DNA of 64,000 nt from positions 1-64,000 of the forward strand of contig JAUCBJ010000160.1 of assembly GCA_032718475.1 (NCBI GenBank), given 5' to 3'. Within the stretch, counting starts at the first letter, position 1; the number at the start of each line of letters is the position of its first letter. This document shows, piece after piece, positions 60,909 through 64,000 of this stretch. The position numbers were made by a program, and so were the translations under genes. The DNA comes from Nemertoderma westbladi (lineage: Eukaryota > Animalia > Xenacoelomorpha). The notes beneath the pieces were generated by a model that saw only the letters and a program-made list of their open reading frames with translations, was not told the DNA's origin and did not search any database.

Positions 60909-63900
60909 ATGCCTTTCGTGTCCAAAAAACGAAAACGACATATAAACAAATGTTCCAAATGCCAATGCATTATATCGAACGAACGGTCGGGTTTATCCGA
61001 CGTTTGCGACCGCTGTGAATTGTCTGCTGTTGGTACGTCATCCATAAACAGCGAGATTCCTCTATCAAACGCCAACGATCCCCAAATTATCACTAGTAGC
61101 CAGATAGTACCACGTGAGGTACAGGTCATGTTACCAACAGACACTGACTCTGACGTAAGTATTAACCAGGTTGTTTCGACTTCCCAACCTGGTATAACAT
61201 TACCAACCGGCTTTGATTCTGACGAATTAATTAATATCATTGGCCTCGAAACAAATAGCCAAATAGAACAACCGGAAGTGAACGTAGTCTTACCAACCAA
61301 TACTGACCATAGTATAAATAGTATCCAGTATCCAATTATTTCTCCCGATAACTATTACAAAACTGGATTTGAGTCGGAATCCAGTTTGGAATATCCAGAC
61401 AGTGACGTCGCGGACGAATCTTTTCCGACATACCAGAATGAGTCCGCCACTCAGGGCATCCTTGTTGACCGCTGTCAATTATGTAGTCGCTTTTGTAGTA
61501 CACATTCCGATTATTGCAAAGCCCATCAAAAGAGATGGGATAAACGAAACCCGGTAACTAATACATCTACCAGTCTCAGTGTAGCGTCAGCTACTATAGA
61601 ATGTAATGCTAGTGGCAGTGATGATGGGAGTATAAGAACATCATTGACCGATGATTCATCGTCATCATTTGATTTATCAGATGATGATGATATTGACGAC
61701 TTTGCGTCGGATGGAGAGGTAATTCCAGGTGAATCACAATTATCCAACCAGCCTCTAGAAAGGCGTAAATATTGTATAATATGTAACAATACACTCGTTT
61801 CACATAATTCTATGTATTGCACGTCACATAGAGCCATCCAAACAGTTCGCTCTATAACCACATTGAACACAAATGAGTCAGATATTGCGATGGTACAGCA
61901 ACCATTAACACACAGCACAGAAATTTTAATGTGCCAGAATTGTTTTCGTTGGGCTCTACCTTCCAATGATATAGACCTCGGGTATATACTCAGAAGTTCC
62001 GTGGCATTTACTAAACATTTCCGCCATATTCATAAACATTCTGCGGACGCATATACAATATTATGTACATTATGCGCTGTATATTTGACCACAAAATATA
62101 ATAAATCCTCCGCCCGCCAATGGCAGTTCATGTGGCCCTCTGTTCTCTGGCACCTCCTTTCCGTTAAAGGTGTGGTTGATGATTTTCATCCGTGGAAATT
62201 CATCACAACATCCTTGCGGGAATCGTGGTTGCCTTCAGTGTCCCAAATGCACCACTCATTAGTTGATGTCACCATAGAAATGCCGCCACCATATTTCAGA
62301 GATATTACCACTGATATCTCGGTGTTTCTAGATGACATCAACTCGATGAAACTCGTGAGACTCATAGCCGCACTTAATCGACACCCAAGTTGTTCGGTTA
62401 GATGTGTTTATGGTTGTCACGAGTTTCTAGAATTCTCCAAACCAATATCATTGGCGGCGATATTAAATGAAGTCGTCCCCGACTTCACTGTCTACTGCTC
62501 TAAACATCTGAAATATATGCGTCCTGATTGGATGGAGACAGTAAGTTTCCTCGAAATTTTCCAAGTTGCGCCGTCAGTTACGATATCCAACGAAGAGGGA
62601 TTGTGTATCCGTGTGTGTAAACTACATAAGGGTGGCAATACTCTTCGCTACGTACACGTCCCACCAAACCCTGTTGTAGGGAGTTTCCCCTGCACAATTC
62701 CCGACCGCCTTGGCTCTGCAGTCTTTGTTCCGAGAACATTTCGGACAGCCAAAGCCGGATACGCTTCCCACACCTACCAGATGTGGGAGGAACAGGGAGC
62801 GTATTCCGGTATGACCAGCTTCACTCTCTCCACTGATCGACGTTTTGATGTCACAGACGAGAGAGTGGGGCAGTTAGAATCTTTATTGCTCCAAACTCGC
62901 CCAGATTGCCTGGCCCTACTTTACAATCTTGTAAATAACGGTCAGTTGTCTGAGCAGACAATGGAGCAATTTATTAATGTTCTTAAACCTTTGGATTTAC
63001 AGGGACTGTTTTCCGCCCTATCCAAAGGTACTGCAGTACCTCTATCAAGTGCTTTAGCACTACGGGACCAGTTAGGGACTGTGACTGTTCCTAATCTGGA
63101 ACATATTCAGGAAAATGATCCGGAACATATTGGATCACTTCCTGATGATCAGATTGACCAGGTTTTAGAGCAAGTTTCTCTGGGGAACGTAGTTTGCGAC
63201 CGCGTTCAGTCACCAGTTTTGTTGGCTGACCAGGGTGATGCCGTTGTTGAACCACTTAACAACCACCCAAATATACCCGAACCTGTAATAGGTACTGTAG
63301 TTGGAAATCCGGTACAGTTCAACTCGTCCCAAATGAGATTGTGGCCGAAAATTATCCCAAACTTACAAAATTGCGACGGCTACGGCGCTATGCCCTTAGT
63401 ACCTATCATAAAAGATAATAGCAACTTGGTACTGTATCTTTGTTCTTCCATTTCACTTAACGTGGATGCAGTGTGGAAGTCATTACAACTTTCAGTCAAT
63501 GACGGAAACTTCAAATGGTGTGGCTATCTGCTACGCTATTTGTCTAAGTATATTACACCCTTCACTGCGTCAAAAAATAGTAATAGAAATATACCATTCA
63601 TTAAACGACCAACTGATTTACAAATTAATGAAGTTTTACGTAACATCCCATCAATGGAGAGCGCAGAGCCAGTGCAGCAGCAAGTTGCTACTATCTTCTC
63701 CAAGTTGAACAAAATAGAATATATTCGGATTGAACATAGATCCATTATTTCTAATGAAAATGTGTCTGAATTTGTTCAGAATCTCCCACCATCTTCAGAA
63801 GTGAATGTCGTATTTATATCGACAGTAGAAAGGCCATCACCGGCCTTTTCCACTCCATTTGTCCCGGCGAAAATTATTTCCATAAACAATATCAATACCT

Positions 63901-64000
63901 GGCAATTACGCCTCCTTGCCACTTCGTCCTCCACTTCCGCCATCATATACCAGTCATATCCTTTCGGGGTTAATGGCTGGTATATAGAGTCTAACAAGAC
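60909..64000 (+). CDS. Large uncharacterised ORF (>1030 aa), open to the window end and missing from the ORF track
   Basis: Hand-translated with no stop from the ATG at 60909: MPFVSKKRKRH, several CxxC pairs, an acidic tract, WPSVLW, RCVYGCHEF, CKLHKGG..YVHVPPNP, YASHTYQM. Confidence 0.85.
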   Translation, partial: MPFVSKKRKRHINKCSKCQCIISNERSGLSDVCDRCELSAVGTSSINSEIPLSNANDPQIITSSQIVPREVQVMLPTDTDSDVSINQVVSTSQPGITLPTGFDSDELINIIGLETNSQIEQPEVNVVLPTNTDHSINSIQYPIISPDNYYKTGFESESSLEYPDSDVADESFPTYQNESATQGILVDRCQLCSRFCSTHSDYCKAHQKRWDKRNPVTNTSTSLSVASATIECNASGSDDGSIRTSLTDDSSSSFDLSDDDDIDDFASDGEVIPGESQLSNQPLERRKYCIICNNTLVSHNSMYCTSHRAIQTVRSITTLNTNESDIAMVQQPLTHSTEILMCQNCFRWALPSNDIDLGYILRSSVAFTKHFRHIHKHSADAYTILCTLCAVYLTTKYNKSSARQWQFMWPSVLWHLLSVKGVVDDFHPWKFITTSLRESWLPSVSQMHHSLVDVTIEMPPPYFRDITTDISVFLDDINSMKLVRLIAALNRHPSCSVRCVYGCHEFLEFSKPISLAAILNEVVPDFTVYCSKHLKYMRPDWMETVSFLEIFQVAPSVTISNEEGLCIRVCKLHKGGNTLRYVHVPPNPVVGSFPCTIPDRLGSAVFVPRTFRTAKAGYASHTYQMWEEQGAYSGMTSFTLSTDRRFDVTDERVGQLESLLLQTRPDCLALLYNLVNNGQLSEQTMEQFINVLKPLDLQGLFSALSKGTAVPLSSALALRDQLGTVTVPNLEHIQENDPEHIGSLPDDQIDQVLEQVSLGNVVCDRVQSPVLLADQGDAVVEPLNNHPNIPEPVIGTVVGNPVQFNSSQMRLWPKIIPNLQNCDGYGAMPLVPIIKDNSNLVLYLCSSISLNVDAVWKSLQLSVNDGNFKWCGYLLRYLSKYITPFTASKNSNRNIPFIKRPTDLQINEVLRNIPSMESAEPVQQQVATIFSKLNKIEYIRIEHRSIISNENVSEFVQNLPPSSEVNVVFISTVERPSPAFSTPFVPAKIISINNINTWQLRLLATSSSTSAIIYQSYPFGVNGWYIESNK

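Overview
AT-rich metazoan genomic DNA. 1-19.1 kb is a young, intact BEL/Pao LTR retrotransposon with ~2.7-kb LTRs (5' LTR cut by the window edge), a 2885-aa Gag-PR-RT-RNaseH-IN ORF and a second 1241-aa ORF carrying a DEDDy-type 3'-5' exonuclease plus three CCHC knuckles. It has no tRNA primer-binding site. Instead, the 12 nt right after the 5' repeat are perfectly complementary to a site inside the LTR, suggesting self-priming. The LTR also holds a tRNA-like Pol III unit, and one 20-nt hairpin motif recurs 9 times through the element. The element lies antisense in an intron of a minus-strand polycystin-1/REJ-like host gene; five exons (19227-49269) splice in frame, and the ORF track does not reconstruct this gene. 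Its introns also hold two RTE-like LINE copies, a SINE, a 2.9-kb foldback repeat and a 19.6-kb two-unit satellite. Further right are an L2 fragment, an RPL23 gene with an intronless CDS, a decayed RT, and a divergent pair of unassigned ORFs (391 aa, and >1030 aa running off the window end), possibly a Helitron-like element. All calls are by eye; no database searches were run.
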